Shown: positions 13,049 through 26,815, counted from the first letter of the stretch. The stretch: DNA of 64,000 nucleotides from Octopus vulgaris (GCA_951406725.2 OX597839.1:38440001-38504000); one strand, 5' to 3'. The notes: a model not told the origin generated them from the letters alone. Made by a program: numbers and translations.

Positions 13049-13056
13049 TCTCTCTC

Positions 13057-13087
<31 letters not shown>

Positions 13088-13710
13088 CTCTCTCTCTATA
13101 TATATATATATTGTAGATATTCTTTGTATAGGTGTGTGTGCTAATGTATATGTCTGTGTAAGTTGCTAATATTTATATATATACACTGTATATATCAGCA
13201 GTGTGTTATTTATAAGTGAATAACTTCATACGTGCTTGATAAGCACATCCACCCTTACTGTACTGTGACCCCGAGATTGGGGCCTCTCAGCTGTACCACT
13301 TGTATATATATATATGTCTGTGTACATTCCCAACCATGTGGTTTCAGGTTCAGTCTCATTGCATGACATCTTTGGCAAATGCCTTCTACTATAAGCCCTA
13401 GGCCAGTGGTTCTCACTCAACAAGGGTCCATATGCTCCCTGAGAGTCCACACAAGAAAATAGTGAATTGGGGATCCACAATAATATTTTAAGGGCACCTG
13501 AAAAAGGATTGCTGTCAATGCTGGTGTGTTTACGTCCCCGTATCTTAGCGGTTTTGGCAAAAGAGACCGATAGAATAAGTACTAGGCTTACAAAGAATAA
13601 GTCCTGGGGTAGATTTGCTTGACTATAGGCGGTGCTCCAGCATGGCTGCAGTCAAATGTCTGAAACAAGCAAAAGAGTAAAAGTGTAACTTTTTTGTACA
13701 ATTCCTTGGC

Positions 13711-14213
13711 CTCATGCCAGTGGCACGTAAAAAGCACCATCTGTTCGTGGCCGTTGCCAGCCTCGCCTGGCCCCCATGCCGGTGGCACGTAAAATGCCCC
13801 ATCCGATCGTGGCCATTGCCAGCCTCGCCTGGCCCCCGTGCCGGTGGCACATAAAAAGCACCATCCGATCGTGGCCGTTTGCCAGCCTCGCCTGGCCCCC
13901 GTGCCGGTGGCACATAAAAAGCACCATCCGTTCGTGGCCGTTGCCAGCCTCGCCTGGCCCCCGTGCCGGTGGCACGTAAAAAGCACCATCCGATCGTGGC
14001 CGTTTGCCAGACTCGTCTGGCACCTGTGCTGGTGGCACATAAAAAGCACCCACTACACTCACGGAGTGGTTGGCGTTAGGAAGGGCATCCAGCCGTAGAA
14101 ACATTGCCAGATCAAACTGGGCCTGGTGCAGCCTTCTGGCTTCCCAGACCCCAGTTGAACCGTCCAACCCATGCTGGCATGGAAAGCGGACGCTAAACGA
14201 TGATGATGATGAC
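13711..14213 (+). mobile_element. Family E repeat: ~60-bp tandem units plus RTE-like 3' tail ending in (GAT)n
   Basis: About 6 units GTGCCGGTGGCACGTAAAAAGCACCATCCG.., then GGTTGGCGTTAGGAAGGGCATCCAG...GGACGCTAAACGATGATGAT. Confidence 0.8.
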
Positions 14214-14544
14214 AAATCACTGCTCTACAGCCATAAAAATCGTGTTCTAGACCTGTCTTTCATACTTCTCATCATCCAGCACAAAGCCACTTCTCTCTCT
14301 CTCCCCAGTAACCCTGCTCAGTTGGGATCCTCACTAGTGCTGGTGGCATGAGAAAGAACCACCCAGTATACCTTGGGAAGTGGTTGCCTTCAGGAAAGGC
14401 ATCCAGCTGTAGAAACAATGTCAAAGCAGATATGGGAGCACAATGTGGTTCTTGGAGCTATTGGGTCCTGTCAAATTATCCAATCCATTCCAGCATGGGA
14501 GATGGAGGTCAAAAGGTGATGGTGATGATACTGAAAACTACAGT

Positions 14545-14915
14545 AGGTGCAGGAGTGGCTGTGTGGGAGGTAGGTTGCTTAACCAAACCACATGGTCCTG
14601 GGTTCAGTCCCTCTGCATGGCACCTTGGGCAAGTATCTTCTACTATAGCCGACCAAAGCATTGTGAGTGGATTTGGAAGATGGAAACTGAAAGAAGCCCA
14701 TCATATATGTGTGTGTCTGTGTTTGGCTCCCATCATTGTCTTTACAACTGGTGTTGGTGTGTTTACATCCCTGCTTGGCAAAAGAGGCCAATAGAATATA
14801 TACCAGGCTTTGCACCAAATGTAAGTACTGGGGTCGATTCATTCATTCAGCTAAAAATTCAAGGCAGTGCCCCAGCATGGCCGCAGACTAATGGCTTGCC
14901 AAAACATAAACAACA
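14545..14915 (+). mobile_element. SINE family A (diverged)
   Basis: Homology to other copies. Confidence 0.75.
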
Positions 14916-15216
14916 GAATAGAAGCTCATGTTGGTTAGGCAGTATGTTTGAGCCCATGTATGTCACGTAGTGTCACAACAGCTTCCTGTTGGTGCAGGGC
15001 TGTCGCAGTGTGTTGCAGTATGCTATGTTAAGTATAGATGTGGCTGTCTCATTCAGAAGCATGCTTTGCAATCTCATGGCTTTGGGTTCTGTCCCTCTGC
15101 GCAGCATTTTGGGCAGATGTCTTCTGCTCTAGCCCTGAGCCAACCCATGCCTTGTGAGAGCATTTGCTAGATAGAAGAAACTGTATTGAAGCCTCTTGTG
15201 TGTGTATATGTATATA

Positions 15217-15602
15217 CTAGCAGTATCGCCCGGCGTTGCTCGGGTTTGTAAGGGAAATAACTATAAAGCATTTTTAGAGAGTTATAGCCAAAAAAATGCA
15301 TTAAAAATGGAAAAATATGATGGTAATTTTTTTTTTAAATCGTTGATTCATCGTAGACATTTTTAGAGAGTTACTTCCCTTTTATATTAAAAAAAATATG
15401 CATTAAAATGGAAAAAAATGATGGTAAATTATTTTTAAAATTGTAGACTCATCGTAGACGCGTGCTAATACCCAGAAGGGCTCGATATGAATCACGACTA
15501 TAAGATACCCGGTTTTGGTTAAACTGCACTGCAAAATGTGGGAGTAGTTAGGAATCTAAATCGGAGTAGACAGACACACAACCTTACTTTTATATATAAA
15601 GA
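15217..15602 (-). mobile_element. Non-autonomous Helitron-like element (inverted second copy)
   Basis: Reverse complement of 21894-22236 with the same TC / hairpin / CTAG ends and an internal duplication. Confidence 0.8.
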
Positions 15603-16072
15603 TATATATGAGGAGCACTCTGTTGGTTACAATGATGAGGGTCCCAGCAGATAGGATCAACGGAGCAGCTTGCTCATGAAATTAACATGCAAGTGGCTGA
15701 GCGCTCCTCAGACACGTGTACCCTTTACGTAGTTCTTGGAGAGATCCAGCGTGACACACAGTGTGACAAGGTTGGCCCTTTTTGAAATACAAGTACTACT
15801 CATTTTTGCCAGCTGAGTGAACTGGAGCAATGTGAAGCAAAGTAGCTGGGTATTGAGCTCACGACCTTACCATCATGAGCCAAATGCCCTAACCACTAAG
15901 CCATGTACTTATGTATGTATATATATATATGTGTGTGTATATATATGTGTGTGTGTATATATGTATGTATATACATATCTATGTATGTATATATATGTGT
16001 GTGTGTGTGTATATATATATGTGTGTATATATATATATATGTGTGTATGTATATATATATGTATATTATATA

Positions 16073-16113
<41 letters not shown>

Positions 16114-16126
16114 GTATATATGTGTG

Positions 16127-16161
<35 letters not shown>

Positions 16162-16216
16162 ATGTATGTATATATGTGTGTGTGTGTGTGTGTCTTTGTG
16201 TTTGTCTTCCGCTATG

Positions 16217-16253
<37 letters not shown>

Positions 16254-16489
16254 TTTTGTCTTCCGCTGCATGACAACCAGTGTTGGTTTGTTTACATTAT
16301 TAATGTTGCAGTTCAGCAAAAGAAACAGCGAACACCAAACTTAAAACAAAAAAAAAAGCAAAACCACCCAGATGTACTGGAGTCTGTTTATTCAAGTTAA
16401 GCCCTTCAAAGCAGTGCTCCAGCAAAGCCACAGTCTAATGACTGCAACAAATAAAAGGGAAAGGTATTCTTTTACTAGGCTTTGCACCA

Positions 16490-16525
<36 letters not shown>

Positions 16526-16844
16526 TACAATATATACACATGTACGTACACACACGTAGGAGTATGTGAAGCAGACAGACAAGGAAACGAAGATAGATGC
16601 ATTGTACACACAGGTCATGGTATATAAAAAGTCACACTTAGTCTGTGGCCATGCTGGGGCACCACTTTGAAGAATTTTAGTCTAAAGAATCAACCCCAGG
16701 ACTTGATTCTTTTTGTAAGACCTGGTACTTTATCAGTTTCTTTCATCCACTTTGGATGGAGTTTATTGAGACACCTTCTATGGCCTGGTGCACTTCCTGT
16801 CGCCAACCCTCACCCGGTTACAAACACTTTTTCTTCTCTCTCTT

Positions 16845-17035
16845 TTTTACTCTTTTTCTTGTTTCAGTCATTTGACTGCGGCCATGCTGGAGCACCGCCT
16901 TTAATTAGGACTTATACTTTTGTAAGCCCAGTACTTATTCTATCGGTATCTTTTACCGGACCGCTAAGTAACGGGGACATAAACACACCAGCATCGGTTG
17001 TCAAGCAATGCTAGGGGACAAATACAGACACACAA

Positions 17036-17080
<45 letters not shown>

Positions 17081-17247
17081 CACGACGGGCTTCTTTCAGT
17101 TTCCGTTTACCAAATCCACTCACAAGGCTTTGGTCGGCCCGAGGCTATAGTAGAAGACACTTGCCCAAGGTGCTATGCAGTGGGACTGAACCCGGAGCCA
17201 TGTGGTTGGTAGACAAGCTACTTACCACACAGCCACTCCTGCGCCTA
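16845..17247 (-). mobile_element. SINE family A
   Basis: Full length, ends in the CCACTCCTGCGCC head. Confidence 0.85.
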
Positions 17248-18162
17248 TGACCAAACATTTTTTTTTTTTTGCAGAAGTAGCACTGCTTGCTTGTATGACA
17301 GTGGCGCTTTTACAGCTACTCCACTATCTCACACTGGCCCTCTGTTGGCCACAACGATGAGGGCTCCAGTTGATCTGATCATGGGAACATCCTGCTTGAG
17401 AAATTAATGTGCAAGTGGCTGAGTACTCCACAGACATGTGTACCCATAACATAGTTCTCGGGGAGATTCAGCTTGATACAGAGTGTGACACGGCTGGCCC
17501 TTGGAATAACAAGTACAACTCATTTTTGCCAGCTGAGTGGACTGGAGCAATGTGAAATAAAGTGTCTTGCTCAAGGAATGGTGTGCCACCGGGAATTGAG
17601 CTCATGGCCTTATGGTCACGAGTTGAATGCTCCTAACCACTAAGCCATGTGCCTTCTCTATGTCAAGACAAGGAGACACGTACATGCATGTGTGAAGAGC
17701 TTTCAGCCTCTACCAAATCCACTCACAGAACTCTGGTTAGTCCCGGGCTATAATGGGCTTGAACCCAAGACCATGAGGTTCGGAAGCAAACTTCTTAACC
17801 ACACAGCCACATTTGCACCTTCTGTTGTTATAAACAGTGAGGTGTGATAGTATAATGAGTGAAGTTGTTGTATATGTAGTACTTTTCTGTGTGCTATTGG
17901 AGTTTAGAGTCCCTCTCAAATATGCCCAGGTATTGTTTGTTATCAAGATTAAAGGTCTAGGCTCAGTAGTTAATGAATTGAGTTTCATTATGAGAGTCTC
18001 TGAGGCACATCGTCAGTACCATCAACATTTTGCATCTGTTTTTCTGTGCTAGCATTTATGTAGTTCTCGTAAAATTAGACAGCATTTTACGGCTGGTGAC
18101 CTGAAGGGTCTGCTACTTCTTACGAAATGCAGTATACTTATTGTGAACCCTAGATATACTGT

Positions 18163-18551
18163 GGAGTGGAAGCACTCCGTCGGTTACGACGATGAGGGTT
18201 CCGGTTGATCCGAATCAACGGGACAGCCTGCTCGTGAAATTAACGTGTAAGTGGCCGAGCACTCCACAGACACGTGCACCCTTAACGTAGTTCTCGGGGA
18301 TATTCAGCGTGACACAGAGAGTGACAAGGCCGGCCCCTTGAAATACAGGTACAACAGAAACAGGAAGAAAGAGTGAGAGAAAGTTGTGGTGAAAGAGTAC
18401 AGCAGGGATCACCACCATCCCCTGCCGGAGCCTCATGGAGCTTTTAGGTGTTTTCGCTCAATAAACACTCACAACGCCCGGTCTGGGAATCGAAACTGCG
18501 ATCCTATGACTGCGAGTCCACTGCCCTAACCACTGGGCCATTGCGCCTCCA
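18163..18551 (-). mobile_element. tRNA-derived SINE family C (young copy)
   Basis: Head GGAGGCGCAATGGCCCAGTGGTTAGGGCAG..GTTTCGATTCCC; perfect 13-bp TSD CTAGATATACTGT. Confidence 0.9.
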
Positions 18552-18704
18552 CTAGATATACTGTACATAGTATCTAAATGTGACTGTCGACAGGTTTGAA
18601 TTGATGCTAGTGGTCTGGGTTTTGCGTACTGTATCATGTTGACCATTCACCTCTCTCTATTGATCTGCCACTCTCATGAACTCTTCCTCATACACCCTAT
18701 ACAA

Positions 18705-18905
18705 TTTTTACTTGTTTCAGTCATTTGACTGCGGCCATGCTGGAGCACCGCCTTTAGTTGAGCAAATCAACCCCGGGACTTATTCTTTGTAAGCCCAGTA
18801 CTTATTCTATCGGACTCTTTTGCCGAACCGCTAAGTGACAGGGACGTAAACACACCAGCATCGGTTGTCAAGCAATGCTAGGGGGACAAACACAGACACA
18901 CAAAC

Positions 18906-18936
<31 letters not shown>

Positions 18937-19109
18937 CATATATACGACGGGCTTCTTTCAGTTTCCATCTACCAAATCCACTCACAAGGCATTGGTTGGC
19001 CCGGGGCTATAGCAGAAGACACTTGCTCCAAGATGCCACGCAGTGGGACTGAACCCGGAACCATGTGGTTGGTTAGCAAGCTACTTACCACACAGCCACT
19101 CCTGCGCCT
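18705..19109 (-). mobile_element. SINE family A
   Basis: Full-length copy. Confidence 0.85.
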
Positions 19110-19715
19110 ATTTCCTGGACTATTTCTCTTATTTTCTTCCCTCTTATAACTTAATACCTCTGCACCATCACCTCTCCTTTTCTCAACAAGAGTAGCCATG
19201 TATCTCCTGCTTTACACCTGTTTCTGTACTCCTACTGTGCTTATTGTCAACACCTGTCACAAGGCCACCTCCCTCAATACGACATCCCTCCCCACCCTCA
19301 GCTGATAAGAAGGGGGGGGGTTGTTTTGCAGGCTAATTGATGTCACTAGTTAGTGCCTGAGGTCGACTTTGCCTTTCATCCTTTCGGGGTCGATTAAATA
19401 AGTACCAGTTACGCACTGGGGTCGATATAATCGACTTAATCCATTTGTCCCTTCTGTGTGTAGCCCCTTGTGGGCAGTAAAGAAATAAGTTAGTGCTTGA
19501 GCCGTGTAAGAAGCGTCCCCTACATCTCAAGTGGTTGGCATTGGGAAGGACATCCAGCTTTAGAACCCATGAATAAGATATTGGAGCCTGGCACAGTTCT
19601 CTGCCTTGTCAGCGCCTGTCAAACCGTCCAACTCATGCCAGCATGGAAAACGAACTTTAAATGATAATCTTTTGTTTTTTTTGTGAATTGTTTCAGTACC
19701 TCCTTCCATACATCA

Positions 19716-20167
19716 GGTAGTGTTTTGAATAGTGTTAACATATTCTTCCAACATATGAAGTTGTATTTTCGTAGTGTAGCCTATTTGGAATACTGGCTCA
19801 CCTTTTCAAACTCCACCCATCTAACACCCGTGGACATATTTACAAAGTCAGAAAACAGCACAGCTCCCATGACTTCAGGAAACATTTTTTCACGCTGAGA
19901 GTTGCTGAAGCATGGAACAAACTGCCGGCATCAGTTGTTAGTTGTCGGAGCACTGCATCCTTCAAAACTTCCATGCTTCCTGAGATTCGCCAACACTACA
20001 CCTGATCTTTACCCCCCTCCATACACACACAAGCATGTATCTGACTCATACACTGTTCCCTTTCCAGACATTTGTACATTATTGCATATACTCTATACGC
20101 ACTTTCTGACAAGTTGTGGTGCACCTGAGTACTGTATACAATTAATTTCATTATTATTATTATTATA
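19716..20167 (+). mobile_element. 5'-truncated CR1-clade LINE (ORF2 C-terminus, 3' UTR, (TTA)n tail)
   Basis: Translates SNTRGHIYKVRKQHSSHDFRKHFFTLRVAEAWNKLPASVVSCRSTASFK*, the CR1 TRGH..RK.FF..RV...WN.LP motif. A 15-bp direct repeat TCCTTCCATACATCA lies at 19701-19715 and 20168-20182. Confidence 0.85.
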
Positions 20168-21200
20168 TCCTTCCATACATCAAAATGTTTGGAATTCAAC
20201 AATTTTTCTTACCATTGCGTGGTTGTCGCTCCCCAGCAGCATAAAACCTGTTTTTCTATACACCAGAGGCTCTCAATCGGGGTTCACGGTAATTGTTTGT
20301 CATTTGACTGCGGCCATGCTGGAGCACCGCCTTTAGTCGAGCAAATCGAGCCTAGTACTTATTCTATCGGTCTCTTTTGCCGAACCGCTAAGTTACGGGG
20401 ACGTAAACACACCAGCATCGGTTGTCGAGCAGACAAAGAGCAAACTTTTCCGAGAAGCGAGCCGCACTTCTTACTGAAAGAAAAATAATTCAAGGTAATT
20501 TTTCGTTTAGGCGTGCCCTTTAGAAAGTCTCGCGGGCCGCAGCTTGCACGTGACTGAGAACTATCTCTCTTCAAAGGTACTCTACAGACACAATCTTGTC
20601 TCTTACTGCTGTGACGAGACCCCTGTTCAAACAAACAAACAAACAAGCAAGCAAACCTAAGATCAAAGACAGTCCAGTCGCGACCACCTGAATTCTTTTT
20701 CGGACGCACAAGGATCCCAACGTACGAATGCGATGGAGAAAGATTTGACTGCTATTTCTAGCTTGTGAAACGACCACTCGAAGGCTTCGGTCGTTCCCTC
20801 GTTGTTATGACTGTTGCTAAGTCTCATTTCACTGCATCCCCCTTCCTCCCTCTTTTTGTCTAGCTCGTCTCATTCCTCTCTCTATATTTCTTTCTTTCTC
20901 TCTCTCTCTCTCGTTCTTTATCTTTCATCCCACGTGTGTCTTCTGTTTATCTGTATCTTCGTCTATTTCCTTGTGTGCCTTTTTATATACCACGACCTGT
21001 GTTGTACAATGCAGCTATCTTCGTTTCCTTGTCTGTCTGCTTCACATACTCCTACGTGTGCGTGCGTATATACTCTTTTACTTGATTGAGTCATTTGACT
21101 GCGGCCATGCTGGAGCACCGCCTTTAATGAGCAACTCGACCCTGGGACTTATTCTTTTGTAAGCCCAGTACTTATTCTATCGGACTCTTTTGCCGAACCG

Positions 21201-21231
<31 letters not shown>

Positions 21232-21235
<4 letters not shown>

Positions 21236-21521
21236 CGTGACCGACCAGGCCATCAGATGTTGTTACACATCGCTGGTCACAATGCGCTTCGCATTGTTTT
21301 AGCCTTCAAATGACGCCACCCCGCTGGCTAAGCGAGCAGGCCAACAGAAGAAAGAGTGAGAGAAAGTTGAGTACAGCAGGGATCGCCACCCCCTGCCGGA
21401 GCCTCGTGGAGCTTTAGGTGTTTTCGCTCAATAAACACTCTCAACGCCCGGTCTGGGAATCGAAACCGCGATCCTACGACCGCGAGTCCGCTGCCCTAAC
21501 CACTAGGCCATTGCGCCTCCA
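21232..21521 (-). mobile_element. SINE family C with alternative tail
   Basis: Same head as 18163-18551 but a different 3' region (..GATGGCCTGGTCGGTCACG). Confidence 0.8.
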
Positions 21522-21813
21522 TATATATGTATATATATATATAGAGAGAGAGAGAGAGACGGAAACTGAAAGAAGCCCGTCGTATATATGTTTTTGTGTG
21601 TCTGTGTTTGTCCCCCCCAACATCACTTGACAACCGATGCTGGTGTGTCTACGTCCCCGTAACTTAGCGGTTCGGCAAAAAAAAAGAGACCGATGGAATA
21701 AGTCCTGGGGTTGATTTGCTCGACTAAAAAGGTGGTGCTCCAGCATGGCCGTTGTCAAAATGACTGAAACTAGTAAAAGAATATGTATATACATTATGTA
21801 TGAGAATATATTT

Positions 21814-21850
<37 letters not shown>

Positions 21851-21893
21851 GCGTGTCTTTATCTGCATGTAAACATGTATTTATATATACATA

Positions 21894-22236
21894 TCTTTAT
21901 ATATAAAAGTCAAGTTGTGTGTCTGTCTCCTACGATTTAGATTCCTAACTACTCCCACATTTTGCGGTGCAGTTTAACCAAAACCGGGTATCTTATAGTC
22001 GTGATTCATATCGAGCCCTTCTGGGTATTAGCGCGCGTCTACGATGAGTCTACGAATTAAAAAAAAAATTTACCATCATTTTTTTCGCTATTATATAAGG
22101 GAAGTAAATCTCTAAAAATGTCTACGATGAGTCAACGATTAAAAAAAAAAATTACCATAATTTTTTTTCCATTTTTAATGCATTTTTTTGCTATATTTTG
22201 GCTATAAACCCGAGCAACGCCGGGCGATACTGCTAG
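21894..22236 (+). mobile_element. Non-autonomous Helitron-like element
   Basis: A|TC 5' end, 3' hairpin CCCGAGCAACGCCGGG followed by CTAG|T, no TSD. Second copy at 15217-15602. Confidence 0.8.
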
Positions 22237-22825
22237 TCTGTATATATGAGTTCATTTAGGTGATCTTTATATATATTTTATGCTCCATGTATCTGTTTCT
22301 TATATATTATAAAGCCTGATTATGCTTATCTGAATCACTACCTCTCATCACACACACACATACATACATACGTTTACACTGGCATAGACACATGTGTTGC
22401 TCTGGCGGTGTCCAATTAGAACGGGGTGAATCCTCTACTTCAAGTTTTTTTTCATATTATAAACTGATACCGGGTGAATAAACTAGAGAATATGAATTTG
22501 TATAGCTTTCGCTCGAGAGTGAGACATAAGTTACCGGCTGAATAACGAGAGAGCGATAGCTTAGACGATAACGAGTGGGAGACACTTGGTAGGCCTGAAG
22601 AGGTGAGACGACGTGGGAAAGGCATTGGTTATATATATGATAGAGGAGAGGTCAGAGGGCAAGTCGGGTGAATAGTGTGGTATGGTGAATGAGTATAAGA
22701 TAGCTTAGACGGGAGAGAGGGAGGAGTGTTTGTTAGGTAGATGAGTGACAGAGAGGGAGAGAGAGTTAATTTTTGTTAGACAGACGTAGATTGTTAGGAA
22801 GGGGGAGGAGAAAAGTAATAGATTG

Positions 22826-23100
22826 AAAGAGAGAGAGAGAGGAAGAAAGATATAGGTGACGAGAGAGAGAGAGGAAGAAAGATATAGGTGACGAGAGAGA
22901 GAGAGAGAGGAAGAAAGATAGAGGTGACGAGAGAGAGAGAGTGGAAGAAAGATATAGGTGACGATAGAGAGAGAGGAAGAAAGATATAGTTGACGAGATA
23001 GAGAGAGGAAGAAAGATATAGGTGACGAGAGAGATAGAGAGTAAGAAAGATATAGGTGACGAGAGAGAGAGGAAGAAAGATATAGGTAACGAGAGAGGAA
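22826..23100. repeat. Purine-rich minisatellite ((GA)nGGAAGAAAGATATAGGTGAC) x~9
   Basis: Direct reading of the sequence. Confidence 0.9.
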
Positions 23101-23643
23101 GAGATGTATGTTGTTATTAGAGAGAGGAAGGAAAAGGGAGAACAGTTAGATAGGTAGAAAGTGTAGAGAGAGCGAGAGAGAGAGAGATGAAGGGGAGTGA
23201 ATGATTGATGAAGCTAAGATCTAGGAAGGTGGTGGTGGGGTCTTTCAGATGAAGAGGCAGGCTGCTGTCGTGGTACTTTTCTCCCGCCACAAAAATCTTT
23301 TAACAAAGCTTTCTTGGTCTCGTCTTGGACAGACAGGCATGTAGATGTATGTATACAGACATACATACGTATAAACTCTCTCTTGTCGGTGTGTATATTA
23401 TTACAATCATTTCCAAATTCTTTGTTTTTTTCTTTTTTGTGTGTGTGTGTGTGTGTATGTGTTTTGATGTTGTATATGTATTAGTGTGTATATTAATATG
23501 TATATATTTAAGAAGTTCGTTATATATCTATATATATATATATTAACAAGAGTTTAACATATATATTTGTATGTTACTCGGGACACACGGACATCCAGCA
23601 ATATATATTTTAATTTACTCAGGTACCTGTATTTTTGTCTCTG

Positions 23644-23692
<49 letters not shown>

Positions 23693-23711
23693 CATAATTA
23701 AATCTCAGAAT

Positions 23712-23760
<49 letters not shown>

Positions 23761-24792
23761 TTATTTATATTGTGTGTGTATAGTGTACACACCTAATATA
23801 CACACACGCCTCGGCTTTGTTGAAGTGGTGTGTATATATTTATTTTCAGTGATTCATACATCCTGCCTTTATCCATACACTTTGTGTATGTATGTGTACA
23901 CAAATATTTATATATGTGTGTAACTTTGCTAGAAATTTATATATCCTGTCTGTCTCTTTTATGCATACGGTTTGGGTGTATATATATATATATATATATA
24001 GATAGATATAGCATTATTCTAATTATTTTAAGGCTTCATGAATCTTTATTGTAGATCGAAACAGTAGGAAGACGAGAGAAGAGACATCGTATTTAATTTA
24101 ATTCTCAGTTCGTTAGACATCATAGGACACACGCGTTACTCAGAGAAGGGGTCCCGGACCAGGAATTCAATCCCTGTAAAGCACACACAGACACAAAGAT
24201 ATCTCTGCTCTACTCTCTTTCTCCCTCTGCACCTTTGAGTTTTGATATCTTTTACTGCGGCCATGCTGGGGTGTTATTATCGCTTTGAAGGGCTTTAGTC
24301 GGACAAATCAAACCTTAGTATTTATTTTTTTTTTCTTTTTCAAATCTAGTACCTGTACCTTCTATCGATACCTTTTGCCAAGCCACTAAGTTACGTAGAC
24401 GTAAACAAACAAACACCGGTTGTCAAGCGGTGGATGGACAAATACACACACATGTATATGTGCATTTATGCTGTTTGTATATGTATTTATATTTTATGTA
24501 TTGTTTGTATATCATCACAGATTTGTTTCTCTACATATTTGTTGTACGTGCTTGTATTATCATATCGTCATTATATATATATATAGATATAGATAGATAT
24601 CTTGTTTCTGTAATTTGATTGCGATCATGCTGGGGCACCATCTTGGGTGGTTTTAACCGAACAAATCGATCCCATGGCTTTTTTTTAAAGCCTCGTACTT
24701 ATTTTATTGGTCACTTTCGTCAAACCGCTTGTCTTATGGGGACGTAAACACACCAACACCGGTTGTCAAGCAGTGATGCGGGACAAACACAC

Positions 24793-25426
<634 letters not shown>

Positions 25427-25427
<1 letters not shown>

Positions 25428-25462
25428 ATGTTTTGATTTTGTCGAGTTATATCGAAAGAATG

Positions 25463-25509
<47 letters not shown>

Positions 25510-25647
25510 CGGGAAGCTTTATGAAAATAGACAAAAGACGAAGGCAGGTGGAAAACAAACAAACAATTGTATTAGTATGGCGCTCAGGAAATATAAATAT
25601 ATGTATATAGGCATTCTTTCGATATAACTCGACAAAATCAAAACATT
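25427..25647. repeat. Perfect 44-bp inverted repeat enclosing (TA)n and another repeat fragment
   Basis: 25427-25470 is the exact reverse complement of 25604-25647. Confidence 0.85.
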
Positions 25648-26772
25648 TCAGCTCGGGTATTTCCGTGGATTGTGGAGTATAGATATAACGAAACTATGCC
25701 AGCAAGGTCTCGTTTTAAACTTGCATATTTGTTCTTGCCTGTTCCATGTGTGTATGTAAAATCCGCAAATTTCCAAGCAGAAGACAAGAATCGAACTGTC
25801 ATTTGCTTCCACTGAAATACCCGAAGTGGAATGTGTTCACTTCGGGTACATACACACGATGGGCTTTTTTCAGTTTCCGCTTACCAAATCCACTCACAAG
25901 GCTTTGGTCGGTCCGATGCTATAGTAGAAGACACTTGCCCGAGGTGCCACGCAGTGGGATCGAACCCCGGATCCATGAGACTGGGAAGCAAGCAACTCTC
26001 CACTGTGCAGCTAGGCTAACCAAATACCTTGTGTGTTTGGCTAGCAGAACCTGAAAGAAGCTGGTCACGTGTGCATATTCATGTTTTTTGGCATCATCAC
26101 TGCCCCCCCCCCTACTCGTAAACAAATGCTACCGTTATATATGCGGTGTTGTTCACTTGCAGTCTTTTGTGAAAACATGCCCAGCATTTTGCTCTTCGTG
26201 TTTCAAGGTCTAAGGGTTGGTGATAGGGAGAGCATCTGGCCTTAGAAAATCTGCCACACCCGATTTCACCTGATCTTGGCAAGCATGAGAAAGTGGATGT
26301 TAAAATGATTTAGAGATGATTGACACACATTAGATATATGCATGCACACATACACACTTTATTTCTTAGTCAAGAAGGCTACCATTGGTTTTATGCCGAA
26401 AGAAATCTTAGTAATTATCTAACCTGCTATATGGGGAGTTGGTGCTTGTCTCCATCTTTGTTCACCCACAAATAAAGAGATTATTTATCCACCAATGCGG
26501 TGTTGAGCACTCATTCCCATTGTTCAATATTAGCGTGCGTATATAAAAAAGCACCATCCGTCCGTGGCCGTTTGCCAGCTCCGTCTGGCTCCTGTGCGGG
26601 TGGCACGTAAAAAGCACCCACTACACTCACGGAGTGGTTGGCGTTAGGAAGGGCATCCAGCCGTAGAAACACTGCCAGATCAGACTGGGCCTGGTGCAGC
26701 TTTCTGGCTTCACAGACCCCAGTTGAACCGTCCAACCCATGCTAGCATGGAAAGCGGACGCTAAATGATGAT

Positions 26773-26815
<43 letters not shown>

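Noticed and set aside
13711-14050. CRISPR-like array of hairpin-containing repeats
   Set aside because: The linkers are near-identical rather than unique spacers, there are no cas genes, the context is eukaryotic, and the array is part of a dispersed retro-element.
18470-18551. tRNA gene (also heads at 10731, 21450, 29211, 35402 and others)
   Set aside because: A and B boxes are present but I see no complete cloverleaf with an acceptor stem; each continues into a SINE body, and some are flanked by TSDs.
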